A stretch of 64,000 nucleotides of DNA from Octopus vulgaris (GCA_951406725.2 OX597818.1:46562001-46626000), one strand, 5' to 3'. Positions 12,895-27,449 are shown, counted from the stretch's first letter. Notes: generated by a model not told the origin, from the letters alone. Made by a program: numbers and translations.

Positions 12895-13194
12895 GGTAAA
12901 GACCCCCTTCGGTCATGAATGACCATGAGACTGCACCTTCGAAGTTGCCCTCCGATGCAGTCGCCCATGCATACCAGCCACCGATGTTATATCTTTCATA
13001 TATATTTCCTGTACCGCAAAGGCAGATACAACTCGGTACCAATTGACGTCGCAACTAATTTCTACATCTCAGTGAACTGGAGCAACGTGAAATAAAGTAT
13101 CTTGCTCAAGAATACAACACAGCCCGGTCCGAGAATCGAACTCACTATCTCATGATTGTGAACCCGACGCTGAAACCGCTGAGCCATGTGCCTT
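12895..13194 (-). mobile_element. tRNA-derived SINE family C
   Basis: Minus strand reads ggcacatggctcagcgg...gttcgattc...ttcttgagcaagatactttatttcacgttgctccag. Confidence 0.75.
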
Positions 13195-13321
13195 AAAAAT
13201 ATATAATACGTATAAAAATTACTGATGGATTAAAAAGGATTCACCATATAAGTTCATAATACAAGTAGATACAATTGCTCGTCTTAAACAAACAAACTAC
13301 CTTTAAATACACATATATGTA

Positions 13322-13395
<74 letters not shown>

Positions 13396-13423
13396 ATATG
13401 ATTTAAGTTATTAAACACAGTTC

Positions 13424-14351
<928 letters not shown>

Positions 14352-14569
14352 CCGGGGGACGTTTAAGATGTAAGAACGATAAAACAGAGCTCCGAAATCT
14401 ATCCACAAACATCGAAAACAAAGACATCGTATGGAGCCAAAGATTTACTAACAAAGGATTGGACTATATCCGAGTAAGTAATACTCATTGAAATTTATTC
14501 CTATTTTCGAAACGAAATGATGTATTTTAACTCGATATCATCTCCACCTCTAACACAACACATGTAAAC

Positions 14570-15511
14570 ATGCGTGAAACATTACGATCCATCAACACCA
14601 GATCATCCCCGACCCCAAACACCATGTACAAAAAAACTACGAAGAAATTAAATACCACCGATAGTATTCAACCCAAGAATAACAATCGGGAAGTACGTAC
14701 ATTAAACTTACAACACAAAATGTACGAAAAACTACACGTGCAAAACAATGTGACAACAGAAATGAACGGACCGGTACCCTACGAAAATGACGACCGTCAA
14801 AATAATGGGCCGGACGTTGTTCCTCATGTCCCGCAAATAAAACCCAAAAGACATAAATGGACACGTGAGGAATACATTTCTATCCTACACGCATACTTCA
14901 CAGCAGTGCTCTACCCAAAAAATGAAAACACAACAACACATACATATAAAATATGGAAGGAAAATAACATAAATATAGACTTGGATACAGCAATGAACCC
15001 TAATAAACTAGCTAACGTACGAAGATACATTCTCAACGCAAAAAAAATATCAAAAATAGAAATAGGACATCTAAAAGAAAAAATACACCAGGAAAATGTA
15101 GATAGAAGCCACACAACAATGCCAAATAATATAAACACTGAAACAGTAAAACACGAAGACAAACGTAACATTCCCAACAAACACGATGTAAACAAAAAAC
15201 AACAAACCCAGACCGTAAGGATGCATAATAATACACGACAAACATCAAGCCAAAACACGGCAAACAAACATATAAATAAGAAAGAAAGTGACACAAATCT
15301 AAAACCTGGAAACAACGAAGGGGAGCCTAATGAGTATGATAATATAAAAAGTAAAATAATCAAAGAACTGAAAACCACAGAGCTCAAAATGGACCACCGA
15401 CCATACCTCCCAAGAATCAAAATAGACGAAACAACAACACCAATTATAAACAGCATAAACCTAGCTATCTCGGAACTAATAGCCACTGAAACAAAAATGC
15501 GATATCACTGA
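14570..15511 (+). CDS. N-terminal segment of the R4/Dong ORF (putative DNA-binding region)
   Basis: 313 aa ORF with KRHKWTREEYISILHAYF...KLANVRRYIL, typical of R4/Dong N-termini. It frameshifts into the pre-RT region near 15500. Confidence 0.75.
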   Translation: MRETLRSINTRSSPTPNTMYKKTTKKLNTTDSIQPKNNNREVRTLNLQHKMYEKLHVQNNVTTEMNGPVPYENDDRQNNGPDVVPHVPQIKPKRHKWTREEYISILHAYFTAVLYPKNENTTTHTYKIWKENNINIDLDTAMNPNKLANVRRYILNAKKISKIEIGHLKEKIHQENVDRSHTTMPNNINTETVKHEDKRNIPNKHDVNKKQQTQTVRMHNNTRQTSSQNTANKHINKKESDTNLKPGNNEGEPNEYDNIKSKIIKELKTTELKMDHRPYLPRIKIDETTTPIINSINLAISELIATETKMRYH

Positions 15512-15647
15512 GCTAAATGACTTAGTATACGCAGCAACCACTGCAGCCACAAAAGAAGCTGGATACTCACTCAAACCCATCCAAACAGGAGTACCACCAC
15601 CCAAACAAACCCTGTGGATAAATAACATCCAAAACAAAATACAAAAA

Positions 15648-16997
15648 ATGAGAAAAGATCTGTCTATTCTTAATGAAATCAGTAGACAATCAACGCTACT
15701 GAGCAACAAAAAGAAAACAAAAATACTCCGCAAATATAACATCATAGAAAAAGACTTACCTGAGATAAAAGAAAAGCTGAAGCAAGATATCCTTGCCAAA
15801 GCACAAAGGATCCGCCGGTACGAGAAACGCCAGCGCTTCTTTGAACAAAACAAAAAGTTCAACTCCAAAAAGTTCTACCAAGAACTTGGCAAAAATAAAA
15901 TAGAAATCACTGCAGCACCAACGGCAGAAGTGGAAAAATTCTGGAGAGAAATATGGTCGGCGAACGAACAACCAAAAAAAGGAGTATTAAAAAACAACTC
16001 AGCATCTGAGCAACTTTGGACCCCCATAACAACTGAAGAAGTCACCCAGGCACTGCAAAGTCTAAGCAACTGGAAGGCACCTGGGCATGACAAGATCCCC
16101 AACTTCTGGTTGAAATATCTAACAGGAATACACAAAAAGCTGGCTGAAAACTTTAACAACATACTAGCAGAGCCAGAGACAATGCCTGAATGGCTCACGA
16201 AGGGGAAAACCATCTTAATTCCCAAATCAAATGAGACAGCAAAACCAGAAAACTACAGACCAATAACCTGTCTCCCTACAATGTACAAGGCATTTATTGC
16301 AGTGATTTTGCAAAGGTTGAACAAGCACCTGGACGAAAACAACCTGTTTCCAGAAGAGCAGAAAGGATGCCGCAAAGGCTCATATGGCTGTAAAGATCAA
16401 CTAATGATTAATAAAGCCATAACTGAAGACAGCCACAGAAAGAAGAAAGACCTCAGTATGGCCTGGATCGACTACAAAAAGGTGTTTGATAGCATCCCCC
16501 ACACATGGATCCTCGAAACACTAGCCATTAACAAAGTAGCACCAACAATTATAAAATTCATAGGGCACTCTATGAATAAATTGCAAACAGTGCTACAGCT
16601 CCAAACAAAAGAGGGACTCATGAAAACCAAAGCCATCTCCATTAGAAGAGGAATATTCCAGGGAGACACGCTCTCTCCACTCCTTTTCTGCTTGGCACTG
16701 TCACTTCTATCTGATATGCTAAATAGAACTGGATGCGGATATAAATGTTACGGCAAAACGATCAGCCACCTTTTCTATATGGATGATCTAAAATTATACG
16801 CTGCAAATGACAAACAGCTGGAAACACTATTAAAGACAGTTCATGGATTTACCAAAGAAATAGATATGAAATTTGGATTAGAAAAATGCGCCAAAGTAAC
16901 CCTGAAAAGAGGAAAACTAGTCAAGAGTAGCAACATCACACTAGATAAAACCAATGAAATAAAAGAACTACACCAAAGCCAAACTTACAAAACTTAG
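15648..16997 (+). CDS. Reverse transcriptase domain of the R4/Dong retrotransposon (449 aa fragment)
   Basis: Motifs KAPGHDKI, YRPITCLPTMYK, EQKG, DYKKVFDSI, GIFQGDTLSPLLF, YMDDLKL, FGLEKC. Confidence 0.93.
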   Translation: MRKDLSILNEISRQSTLLSNKKKTKILRKYNIIEKDLPEIKEKLKQDILAKAQRIRRYEKRQRFFEQNKKFNSKKFYQELGKNKIEITAAPTAEVEKFWREIWSANEQPKKGVLKNNSASEQLWTPITTEEVTQALQSLSNWKAPGHDKIPNFWLKYLTGIHKKLAENFNNILAEPETMPEWLTKGKTILIPKSNETAKPENYRPITCLPTMYKAFIAVILQRLNKHLDENNLFPEEQKGCRKGSYGCKDQLMINKAITEDSHRKKKDLSMAWIDYKKVFDSIPHTWILETLAINKVAPTIIKFIGHSMNKLQTVLQLQTKEGLMKTKAISIRRGIFQGDTLSPLLFCLALSLLSDMLNRTGCGYKCYGKTISHLFYMDDLKLYAANDKQLETLLKTVHGFTKEIDMKFGLEKCAKVTLKRGKLVKSSNITLDKTNEIKELHQSQTYKT

Positions 16998-18403
16998 GAA
17001 TCCATGAACTAGATAAGACACAACACACACAAATGAAAGAGAAAATAAAAAAAGAATATTATAGACGAGTTAGATCAATACTAAAAACAGAGCTCAATGC
17101 TAAAAACAAGATGATAGGTATTAACACTTTAGCTGTCCTAGTTATAAGTTACAGCTACAATATCCTTAACTGGACACTAAATGAACTGACCAAAATAGAT
17201 AGGAAAACAAGAAAAATAATGACAGGATCTAGGATGCATCACCCAAAATCTGACATAGAAAGACTATATATACAACGTATAGAAGGTGGTAGAGGCCTTA
17301 TACAGCTGGAAAACTACTATAAAATAACCACCATAGGACTGCAAAAATATATACTTCAGAAGGAAGGAAAACTGATACAAATAGCGGCAAAACACGAGCA
17401 AAACAAAAAACTGTTCTCAGTATTTAAGGAAGCTGACAAATACAAACAAGAAATCATACCAAAGAAGAAGAAGAAAAAACAAAAGCTATAAAACAAATGA
17501 AATCCAAACTAAAAATAGAACAGCACCGAACCATGATAAAACGATGGCAAGAAAAGCCCCTTCATGGTAAATACTGGACTAAACTAAATGCAAAAGAAAT
17601 AGACAAAGAAAAATCCCAGTAATGGTTGAGAAGCTCAGGACTCAAAGCAGAGACAGAGGGATTTTTAATTGCAGCACAAGACCAACAGAAATTACCAAAA
17701 ACATATTATGAAAAGAAATATAACAAGTAACTGCAGAATATGTGGAGATGGACAAAAAACAATAAATCATATTATCTCTGGCTGCCCAGTCCTGGCTAAG
17801 AAGGAATATATTCACAGACATGACAGAGTTGGAACCTACATACACTGGAATCTATGCCAACATTATGGTATAACAACAGAAAAAAGATGGTATAGGCACA
17901 CACCAGAAAAGGTCACAGAAAACGAGAAAGCAACCATACTCTGGGATATGCCGATACACACAGATAGAGAAATTAAAGCTAACAGACCAGATATAGTTGT
18001 CAAAGATCATGAAGAAAAAAATGCTTTCTAATTGATGTATCAATACCGGCAGATGACAACGTGTCTCTAAAAGAAATGGAGAAAATTTCAAAATACAAAG
18101 ACCTGGAAATAGAGGTAACCAGAATGTGGAATCTAAAAACAAACAATTCCTATCATAGTAGGTGCATTAGGCATGATAAAAAAATATTCAGACAAATACA
18201 TAACAAAAGCACCAGGACTTACAAACACATATAACATACAGAAAATAACACTACTAGGCACTGCACACATCCTACGCAGAACACTTTCCATACAATAACC
18301 ATCAGAGCATCACAACAAATCACAGCACATACCTAAGGCACACAGAGCTGCGCTCGGTAGTGAAGTGAAAGCACGCTATAAAAATAAAACTACTGAATAA
18401 TAA

Positions 18404-18473
<70 letters not shown>

Positions 18474-18587
18474 TTCAAATTTTGCCACAAGCGCTGCAAT
18501 TTGGGGGGAGGGTTGAGTTGATTATATCGATCCCAGTATTCAGCTGGTACTTAATTTATCGACCCCGAAAGGATGAAAGGCAAAGTC

Positions 18588-18643
<56 letters not shown>

Positions 18644-18647
<4 letters not shown>

Positions 18648-18888
18648 AAACGGTGAAGATAGTGCCAATTATTGTTGGTTCCTTGGGGATAGTATCAGAA
18701 GGCATCAAGGAAATCGGAATAGAATGGAACTATTACAAAAGGTTTGCCTCCTTAGCACGGCCAGAATAATCAGGTTAAGTATTAGATAGTTGAAAAGAAC
18801 AGCTAGCATGGTACCACAGTCTGCAGGTAGCAAGCCCACTACGCATGCAAGACTCCGGGAATTACAACAAAACCTCGGATAAAAAGAA
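18644..18888 (+). mobile_element. Short 3' fragment of a second R4/Dong family
   Basis: MKTVKIVPIIVGSLGIV. The 3' end (caagactcc...acaacaaaacct) is shared with 18912-19482. Flanked by (AAT)n. Confidence 0.8.
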
Positions 18889-18911
18889 ATAATAATAATG
18901 ATGATAATGAT

Positions 18912-19482
18912 GCCGCATCTGTAATAGAGCTGACGAAACCATTACTCATAACACGAACGAATGCCCTAGACTTTCCCAAAACCACTACAAGTTATGGCGA
19001 TACGATAAGGTAGCGAAAATGCTACATTGGAAACTATGCGAAAAGTGAGGGAGGCAAGACATGGTATGAGCACAAACCGCAGAGAGTGACGGAGTCGGAG
19101 ACCAGTAAAATACCCTGGGAATTACCAATCCAAACAGATCAGGTGCTAGAGCATAACAGACCTGACCTGGTAGTGGTCGACAAGATACACCACATATGCT
19201 ATATAGTTGACGTTGCGTGCCCCTTTGATTCACTAATAGTCAAGAAGGAAGGTGTTGAAGATAGATAAATACAATCCTCTTAAGCACGAAATAGTTCGAC
19301 CATGGAAAATGAAGAAGGTGAAGATGGTGTCAATTTATTGTTGGGTCTTTGGGGACAGAATAATCAGGGGAGTATTAGATAGTTGAAAAGAACCAGATAG
19401 CATTTTAAGGTAGGCTGCAGGCAGCAAACCCGCTATGCAAGCAAGACTCCAGGAGTTACAACAAAACCTGAGATAAAGAGAA
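18912..19482 (+). mobile_element. Degenerate 3' fragment of the second R4/Dong family
   Basis: CR...ETITH...C, RYDKVA, HNRPDLVVVD...IVDVACP endonuclease motifs. Confidence 0.85.
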
Positions 19483-19555
19483 ATAATACTAATTGCTACT
19501 GTAATGGTTTCTGTTCCTCAAGTCTAGCTAGTCTCTCCACCTCTCGTATTCCTCT

Positions 19556-19622
<67 letters not shown>

Positions 19623-19634
19623 TAATAATAATAA

Positions 19635-20091
19635 TGGTATAATAATAATGAGCTACAGCAAATATTCTGCTCAATACCACAGATTTGCTTGTCAGTTGTT
19701 TGACCTTAACCAGTTGAGCATGTCCCTTAGTGGCTGACGATATATGCATCTCTGATCACGAGCAGAAGTAGTGGGGGACTATCATAGCCATGTGTTGAGA
19801 GGGATTCTTTAGGGTTTGAAAACATCGATGTTTCGTTCAACATCCTTAAACAACCCTTATTCAGGGAACTTTGAGCGGGATGGGTTACTCGACCAGAAGA
19901 AAATTCTAACTGGGCCCCACCTGCAAGGTCATGTGCTGTTTATCTTGATATGAGATCACCATATCGCGCACACATGGTTGTGATGCATGTACCTGATGTA
20001 CCCTTATCAGACGGGTAGTCATGATGAGTATACTGGGCTTCGTATATTTTACCCCAGTGTCACTTTGATGGCATGCACTGCTCTCTCACTC
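19635..20091 (+). mobile_element. 5'-truncated copy of the 6704-7251 (AAT)n-associated repeat
   Basis: High visual identity to 6787-7251. Flanked by (AAT)n. Confidence 0.75.
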
Positions 20092-20124
<33 letters not shown>

Positions 20125-20989
20125 TCCGACCCCACCGTAATCACTAATCTCACTCCTTGTCCTTCGGACGATCTCCCCACTGGAATCTTCTCCGTTGTTC
20201 ACCTCTGTGCTGCGGGTATTAAAATGCAATATTTTAAGCGGAATATTAACAACAAACTCATCAGCATCGGAAGACCTATAAAAGTTATGGTCACTACCCG
20301 CTTCCACCAGACTCAGCAAGTAAAAAAAGATAATACAAAAAAAAGCAAATATGTAAAGCCATGTGAAGTCTCCATTGTTATGTAATATCCAACCTTTCCT
20401 TATACCCATAATCTCAGGTTATAATATGAACGTTAATTAGTTGTAATTAACCGCATGTTTCGAAACTGGACACAAATAAACAAACTAAAAAGGAAGCTAC
20501 TCAAAATAGTACTTTCCTTGGCTATGATCAGTGGTTATTCTTGAAAGCAGGGTGTGGAACTCCTTGCCTGTAGATAAAATATCATTCGCTTCCTAATTTG
20601 AAACCACTCACTGATGGAGTCTCTAAAACGCCATTAAAAAAAGACGGTTTAAGTTTTAAGACCACAAATAGTAATTTTATGTAAATTGCAAGCCTGGGAA
20701 TTTCTAGAGTTATTGATTTGTCTCTTTTGGTACAAATCTACCACCATAGGCTTTTACACACTTGCAATTTGCACCTGGTCTTGTGTGTGTGAGTGAGGGG
20801 TACATTCCTGACTATAGTCCTAAAATTCACACCTGGTCTTGTAACTCTTTCCCAAATATGCTCTAAATAAAAGTCAATACGTATGCATACTCATGTGTCC
20901 GCTATGCTTGTGTAAGTGAGTGAGGGGTACATGTAAGAGTTATTCCTGACTGTAGTCCTAAAATTCGTTCCAATAACTTCTACTAATAT

Positions 20990-21208
20990 TGGTGTCAAAT
21001 ATTAACACAAAGCCAGCAAGTTCGAGATGGGGTTAAATCAATTATATCAACCCCAGTACTCAACTGAGGTCGATATAATTTTATCGACCTCGAAAGGATG
21101 AAAGGCAAAATCAACCTCGACAGAATTTGAACTCAGAACGCAAAGACGGGCGAAATGTCGCTAAGCATTTTGCCCGGAGCGCTAACGATTCTGCCAGCTC
21201 ACCACCTT
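20990..21208 (-). mobile_element. SINE family A
   Basis: Family A body and head. Confidence 0.8.
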
Positions 21209-21243
21209 AATTGCTACTAAACGTTTTGATAATAGAAGTTATA

Positions 21244-21797
21244 TTGGGTTGTCCGGAAAGTTCGTGCCGATTTTTAAAGGAAAGAAAAAGGTCAATAAAT
21301 ACATGCCATTACATTTTTAATCTACCAAATATGAACCATTTTGTTGCACAATGCGCCTTTAACTTGAAATACCCTCTTCCTAGAATTGAGGTGGTTTCAT
21401 GGCAAAGAATTCATCAAGGTATCTTTTTACATCATCCAAGGAATTGAACTTTTTACCATTAAGACTATTCTGCAGAGACCTGAATAAGTGGAAATCCGAA
21501 GGAGCAATATCTGGTGAATATGGAGGGTGGAGTAACACATCCCAGCCGAGCTGCAGCAATTTTTTTCTGGTTCTCAAAGCATCAAGTGCCGAAAATGAAC
21601 TTTCTTATCTTCCATTTTAAAGGGTTACAGAATTACCACAGGTTATAGGAACATAAACCTTCTTCCACGAAAAGATAGCTTAAACTGAGGTCTAAATCGA
21701 GGTGTAGTCAAACCCTATTTTATGGACTTAACCATGTTCTAAAATAAGTCGGAAGGTAAACTACTATAAATCGGCACGAACTTTCCGGACAACACAA
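21244..21797 (-). mobile_element. Internally deleted mariner element
   Basis: TIRs ttgggttgtccggaaagttcgtgccgattt / aaatcggcacgaactttccggacaacacaa with TA on both sides. Motif WDVLLHPPYSPDIAPSDFHLFRSLQN (ORF 21380-21577). Confidence 0.93.
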
Positions 21798-22957
21798 TAT
21801 TTCCTACAGTTAGTTGTTAATCTACTTTCCGCAGGTGCCTTAAAGATAAATATTGATACGAATACATAATCCATAACCATTTTGAATGAACACATTTCCT
21901 CTGACCTTCGATAATCTCACTTAAAAATAAAACATTTGCGAGATATTTTAGTTATCTTCATTTGCTTACGGAAGTAAGAATTAAAAGAATGCTCTTTAAA
22001 CCTGGGGAAATAATTATAATGCTTAAATTCACTGTAACAGAGATGCCTGGAAACCTCATATAAGCACATTTTTTACCAATGTTGATGGAATTACACATTC
22101 CATGAGTTTTTATGAAGATAATGAAATCTTTACAAAAAGCTTTTAAAACTGGCTTTTGTAGATCAATTTAGAACGTTCATTTCTACGTATATTTTATACA
22201 CACCCACACGGTTTTAAGTCTTTAATTACAGTATGTTGCCATCTGACTTGAAAAAAGATTCCAATAAATATATTTTGCTCTCTCTCAAGGTCGATAGAGG
22301 AATGCACATAGATCCTCTTCTTTATGAAACACCAGATCAATTCTATTAATATCCAATTTGTGGCTCGGATATTAAACGCATTCTTGGAACATTACAAGAA
22401 GTGAGATAGTTATTTCTTTATTGACCACAGGGGGCTAAACACAGACAGACAAAGGGATGAAGTCGCTTACATCGACTCCAGTGTGAAACTGGTACTTATT
22501 TAATCGACCCCGAAAGGATGAAAGGCTTACAATGTATGAGGCAAAATGTTCTAATCTCGATCAATAAACATTCACCAGGTCCATTTAAGCTATCATTATC
22601 AGGAAGAAAACTAAAGCGGTGGATTTCTAGAATCGATAGAGTGTCGGAAAAATGCTTTGTGATTTTTGTTCCGGATCTTTACGTTCGGAGTTCAAATCCT
22701 GCAGAGTTCAACTTTGCCTTTTGTCCGTTCAGGGTCAGTAAAATGGAATATTGTGGTCGATGTAATGGACTAGTCCATCTACCACCAATATTGATAGCTT
22801 TGAGTCTAAATCAGAAATCGCTAACTGGTTGCTCGCGATTTAATGATGATGGTCATTTATTCTTCCATTTTCCATATAAGCCTTCAAGTTTTTCGATATT
22901 TCTCTTTCCAGCAATAAAACATTAGTGACAATTGACCATAATCTTCTCTTGGTACAA

Positions 22958-24513
22958 CTTTCTTCAAATAAACAACTTTTACTTAAGCACAAAATTCGTG
23001 AATAAGATTTGATTATTTAAGTGACCTTCTTAAAAGTATCGCTCGTAATCAAAACAGAATTCTGAACCCTGCTCAGCAGAAATCATTGCTCTTTGATCTA
23101 CAGTATGCACTTCAATCATAAAACTATTTATTTCTTTTAGACTAGGTACAAAGACCTTTTGTCAAAGGATTAACTGAGATTCGTGACAAAATATCTTATT
23201 TTACCGACCCTGAAAAGATAGAAGGCAAAGTCGGGATAATTTCTTTGAAACTTCGATCTCGTGCTTATCATTTTTGGATGTAAAAAGTGCTATTTTGTTA
23301 TAGGCATTAGCTAGATTTAAAAAATGAGTTGCAAAAACATGCTATACCTTGGCCAAACAGCTTGGCAGTATTAGAGTAAAATTCGTGTAAATAAAAAATA
23401 TTCTTTTTTGCTATAGGCACAAGGACAGCAGTTTGATGGGAGGGGGTTAGTCGACTACACGACTCCAGTACTTGACTGGTACTTATTTTACTGGCCTCGA
23501 CAGAATTTGATTTCAGAACGTAAAGACGGACGAAATGCCGCTAAGCATTTTGCCCGGTGTGCTAACGTTTTATATTTCATTATTGCCCACAAGGGGCTAA
23601 ACACAGAGGGGACAAACAAGGACAAAGAGATTAAGTCGATTACATCGACCCCAGTGCGTAACTGGTACTTTATTTATCGATCCCGAAAGGATGAAAGGCA
23701 AAGTTGACCTCGACGGAATTTGAACTCAGAATGTAACGGCTAAGCATTTCGCCCGGCGTGCTAACGTTTCTGCCAGCTCACCGCCTTAAAAAATACTAAA
23801 TAATGATTTTTAAAAATGGTATTATTTATTCTGTTGCCTTTTTTATCTATTTTTTCTCTTTTTTAATTGTGTCTCTCTTTGCGATAAACACAACCCGTTT
23901 GTATAACACTTTCAATTTTTACAGAATACGTTTTTATCTGTAGATTTATCTTGTGATAGTCTGTTTGGCGATTCAACCGTAAAGGCCATTAAGATGTTGC
24001 TGCAATATCTACTTGATTATCAATATATAATCAATGTTTCATTCGCGAAATATCGATTTGTTTAGACTATTTAGACTAAAGTTTGATTAATTTTGTTAGA
24101 AATGTCTATTCTCTCTTCAACAGATCAATATGTTACTGATTCTTATTTTATCGACCACAGACGAAGAAAAGACAAACCCGGTATCTGTGCAAACTAAACG
24201 CTAAACAATTAATTTCTTATTCAGAAAACTAGATACAATAAATTATTTAGCTATGTGCATTAACTCAATGGCTTTCTTTCTTCAAATAAACAACTTTTAC
24301 TTAAGCACAAAATTCGTGAATAAGATTTGATTATTTAAGTGACCTTCTTAAAAATATCGCTCGTAATCAAAACAGAATTCTGAACCCTGCTCAGCAGAAA
24401 TCATAGCTCTTTGATCTACAGCATGCACTTCATTCATAAAACTATTTACTTCTTTTAGACTATGTACAAAGATCTTTTGTCAAAGGATTAACTGAGATTC
24501 GTGACAAAATATC
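22958..24513 (+). repeat. 238-bp direct repeat pair (22958-23195 and 24276-24513)
   Basis: About 7 substitutions counted by eye and no indels. Confidence 0.93.
23403..23788 (-). mobile_element. SINE family A dimer
   Basis: Two family A units joined near 23570. Confidence 0.8.
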
Positions 24514-25877
24514 AATCTTGACCGCCAGCGCTTGCTTCATTCTAGAAATGTTTTGTTCGATTTTCGATAAGTATAATTTCAGTTACGGCACTTGTTTTGA
24601 CTCTCCGCTGAAGCGCTCTAAAATTTAGAAAAATTTGGAGGGGTTGTTTTAGTATTTTTTCAATATTTAGTATTTCGTTGGTTTGAAATTACTAGGGGCC
24701 CTGTCGCTTCCCAACAACATGTGTCTGGATTCAGTCTCGCTGCGTGGCAACTTAGGCAAATATCTTTTATTTTAGCCCCGGGCTGATCAAAGCCTTGTGA
24801 GTGGATTTAATAGACGGAAACTGAAATAATATATATATTAAAAATGGGGAAGGCCAGTTTATGGGATTACCTTAAGTTTCCCGTCCATAAAGGATTTCGC
24901 TTTATGGCGTATCGTCATATCTCAAAAAGCTGTTGGCCCATGACATCTTAAAAATATGGAGGGGGAACTGCCTCACTACTTTGAGTAGCAATTTCAAGGA
25001 GGGGGTAAGTCGATTACATCGACTCCAGTATTTAACTGGTACTTATTTTATCGTTCCCGAAAGGATGAAAGGTAAAGTCAAAGTGGTGCCCCAGTATGGC
25101 CGCAGTCTAATGACTGAAACAAGGAAAAGATAAAAGACACATATGCAGGCCTGGGCAAGATTTATTTTTAGGAAAACTAGCAGTTGCCCTTGCTTACTAG
25201 TCTCCCCTTTCCATGCTACCGATGCTTATGCAAAGCAATGGGCACTAACTTTGGTCGATACAGCGCGGCACCACTGTTATGGCAAGCATTACTGTTAGAA
25301 TGCAAAGAACCAGACCATTTATTACAAGGCATCTTGCCTGACCTGCTAGCTGTTCCAACAATCCACCGTCCTAGATTGGTATTTAAACTATCGAGCCCGA
25401 AAAGATGAAAGGCAAAGCTGACGACCGCGGGATTTGAACTCAGAACGTAATGAATCGGATCGGAACAAATACCGAGAAGCAGTCTATCCAATGTACCAAC
25501 AACTGTCGATTCACATCCTTGTAATAAAACTGACTTATGAAATCCATGGAAATTTTATGGGTTTCTTAGTTAAAATTGAGAGCTGTTGTCTTCTTTTTCT
25601 TTTTATGAACCGCGATATGGCGATGGATTACTGTATATTAAATACTGTATGTCTACAAGTCATTAATGAACAGAGAAAGAGAACAGAAGAAGCTCTTATA
25701 CACGCATTGAAAACTGAAATGGACTGTTTTGTTGATGATGTAGGTAGGGGATAATGTAAGAGAAATGATAGTTGCGGGTTTGTAAGTAGTAAGGAGTTGA
25801 CGACAAAAACAAAGTTTTTGTTTTGCTTCTTTTTATTTTTATGGACAGAAATTTAAAGCGTATGCACTAAAATGATT

Positions 25878-26721
25878 TGTAAACGGCCGTGCGAGGAGAG
25901 GTGACGGTCGATACAATAACTATGAAAAGGATAAATGAGTATAAGTGCCAGAAGGAAAAGAGAGACACAACCGGGTAGAATGTTTAAAAGATTTTATTTA
26001 TATTAACGTGTGTGTATGCGTCATATATACATAATAATAGACAGGCCGTCATATATACAAAGTGTATGAGTGTGCATTAAGTACAGAGCATTGAAAGAGT
26101 CTATAATGTGACGTTTGAAGGATGTTCCGACACAAGGATGATAAATATCAGTTCGTAGTCAAGGTACACGATAGCTGAAGTGCTGTAACAAGAAATTGAG
26201 GCTGCAATGTAGAGCCGGTTGAAGCACATGTCCTATAAGAATTTGTGGCTACTATGCTGCTACCGGTCACTTGATACAGGAAGTTATCGCAGGTTGTATT
26301 TGCTGCTAACCATGGTGAAGTAATTCACAAAAAGTGTTGAGATAGAACCTGTGCGAGGGTTGCTAGTTGCTGTGTACGTAGAGAGATGATGTTGACGACG
26401 TTAAGAATTCGGAGGCTACAGAGATAGAGGTCCTGAATGATGCTGGACGAAGTTGATGAGTCACCATGTGGCTGCTACTGTGTCGTCGCTGGAACTGGCT
26501 GTGTGGTCAGTGGCTAGACCTTAAAGGTCTGGAACCGAAAGACAACGAGACGAAGTGAAGCTACAGGTTTATAGCGTGCTATTGGCTCACCGGAAGTTTA
26601 GAAGAGACTGTCTCACGTGACCTTATCAGAAGGCTGCGATTGGTTGGGTTGCATATTGGCGCACAATAGAGCAAGAAACAAATTGCGCCAATACCAACCA
26701 ATCAGAGTAGTGGACACAACA
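25878..26721 (-). mobile_element. Probable solo LTR
   Basis: TGT...ACA termini. Minus-strand TATAAA (26568-26573) and AATAAA (25993-25998) are in U3-R order. TSD matches only 3/5 (TGATT/GGATC). Confidence 0.55.
26568..26705 (-). promoter_or_regulatory. Pol II promoter-like motif cluster in the putative LTR U3
   Basis: Five CCAAT/ATTGG boxes, CCGGAAGT (26590-26597), CACGTG (26614-26619) and TATAAA. Confidence 0.5.
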
Positions 26722-27212
26722 GGATCCAAAAGGGCCCCCGAAGGCTAGCTGTTATCTACTACGTCCGTATTTGTATATATATAACAGAGAGAGAGAGAGA
26801 GAAATTTCCCTAAGCGTACGCTACAGATTGAACGCACACGTTTTAGTAATTGCAGCCGAGCTAAGTCGTCGTCGCCGCCGCCACTATCATGACTGCCAAC
26901 AACAAACACGTCACAAACAACAAATACTATCACCCTCGCCACCACCATTTACCGTCTTGTATGAGTTAATTCCCTTGACGTGACACAAATGCTTGGTAGT
27001 ATCGTGCATTTGTATTATTAACTGCGGCCATGCTGGGGCACTACCTTGGGGAATTTTAGTCGAGCAAATCGACCTCGGTACTCTTTATTTGTAAAGCCTG
27101 GTACTCATTCTATCTGTCACTTTTGCCGAACCGCTAAGTTATGGGGACATAAACAAACCAGCACCGCTTCACAACCGGTGCTGGACAAACACAGATACAA
27201 AGACACACACTC

Positions 27213-27449
27213 ACATATACATACATACATACAAACATACATACATACGTACATACATACGTACGTACATACATACAAACATACATACATACATACATAC
27301 ATACATACATACATACATACATGCATACATACGTACGTACGTACATACATACATACATACATACAAACATACATACATACGTACGTACGTACATACATAC
27401 ATACATACATACATACATACATACATACATACATACATACATACATACA

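Larger units (their letters stand above)
14570..18298 (+). pseudogene. Disrupted single ORF of the R4/Dong element (N-terminal domain, RT, zinc knuckle, RLE endonuclease)
   Basis: ORF segments 14570-15511, 15648-16997, 17033-17491 and 17669-18031 are joined by frameshifts (~15500, ~16990, ~17470, ~17685, ~18020, ~18140) and an in-frame TAA near 17620. Terminal TAA at 18296-18298. Confidence 0.9.

Noticed and set aside
14911-16669. Minus-strand ORFs (191, 130, 116 aa)
   Set aside because: Antisense shadows of the A-rich retrotransposon ORF.
22958-24513. Direct repeats as LTRs of a TRIM
   Set aside because: No TG..CA termini, PBS, PPT or TSD.
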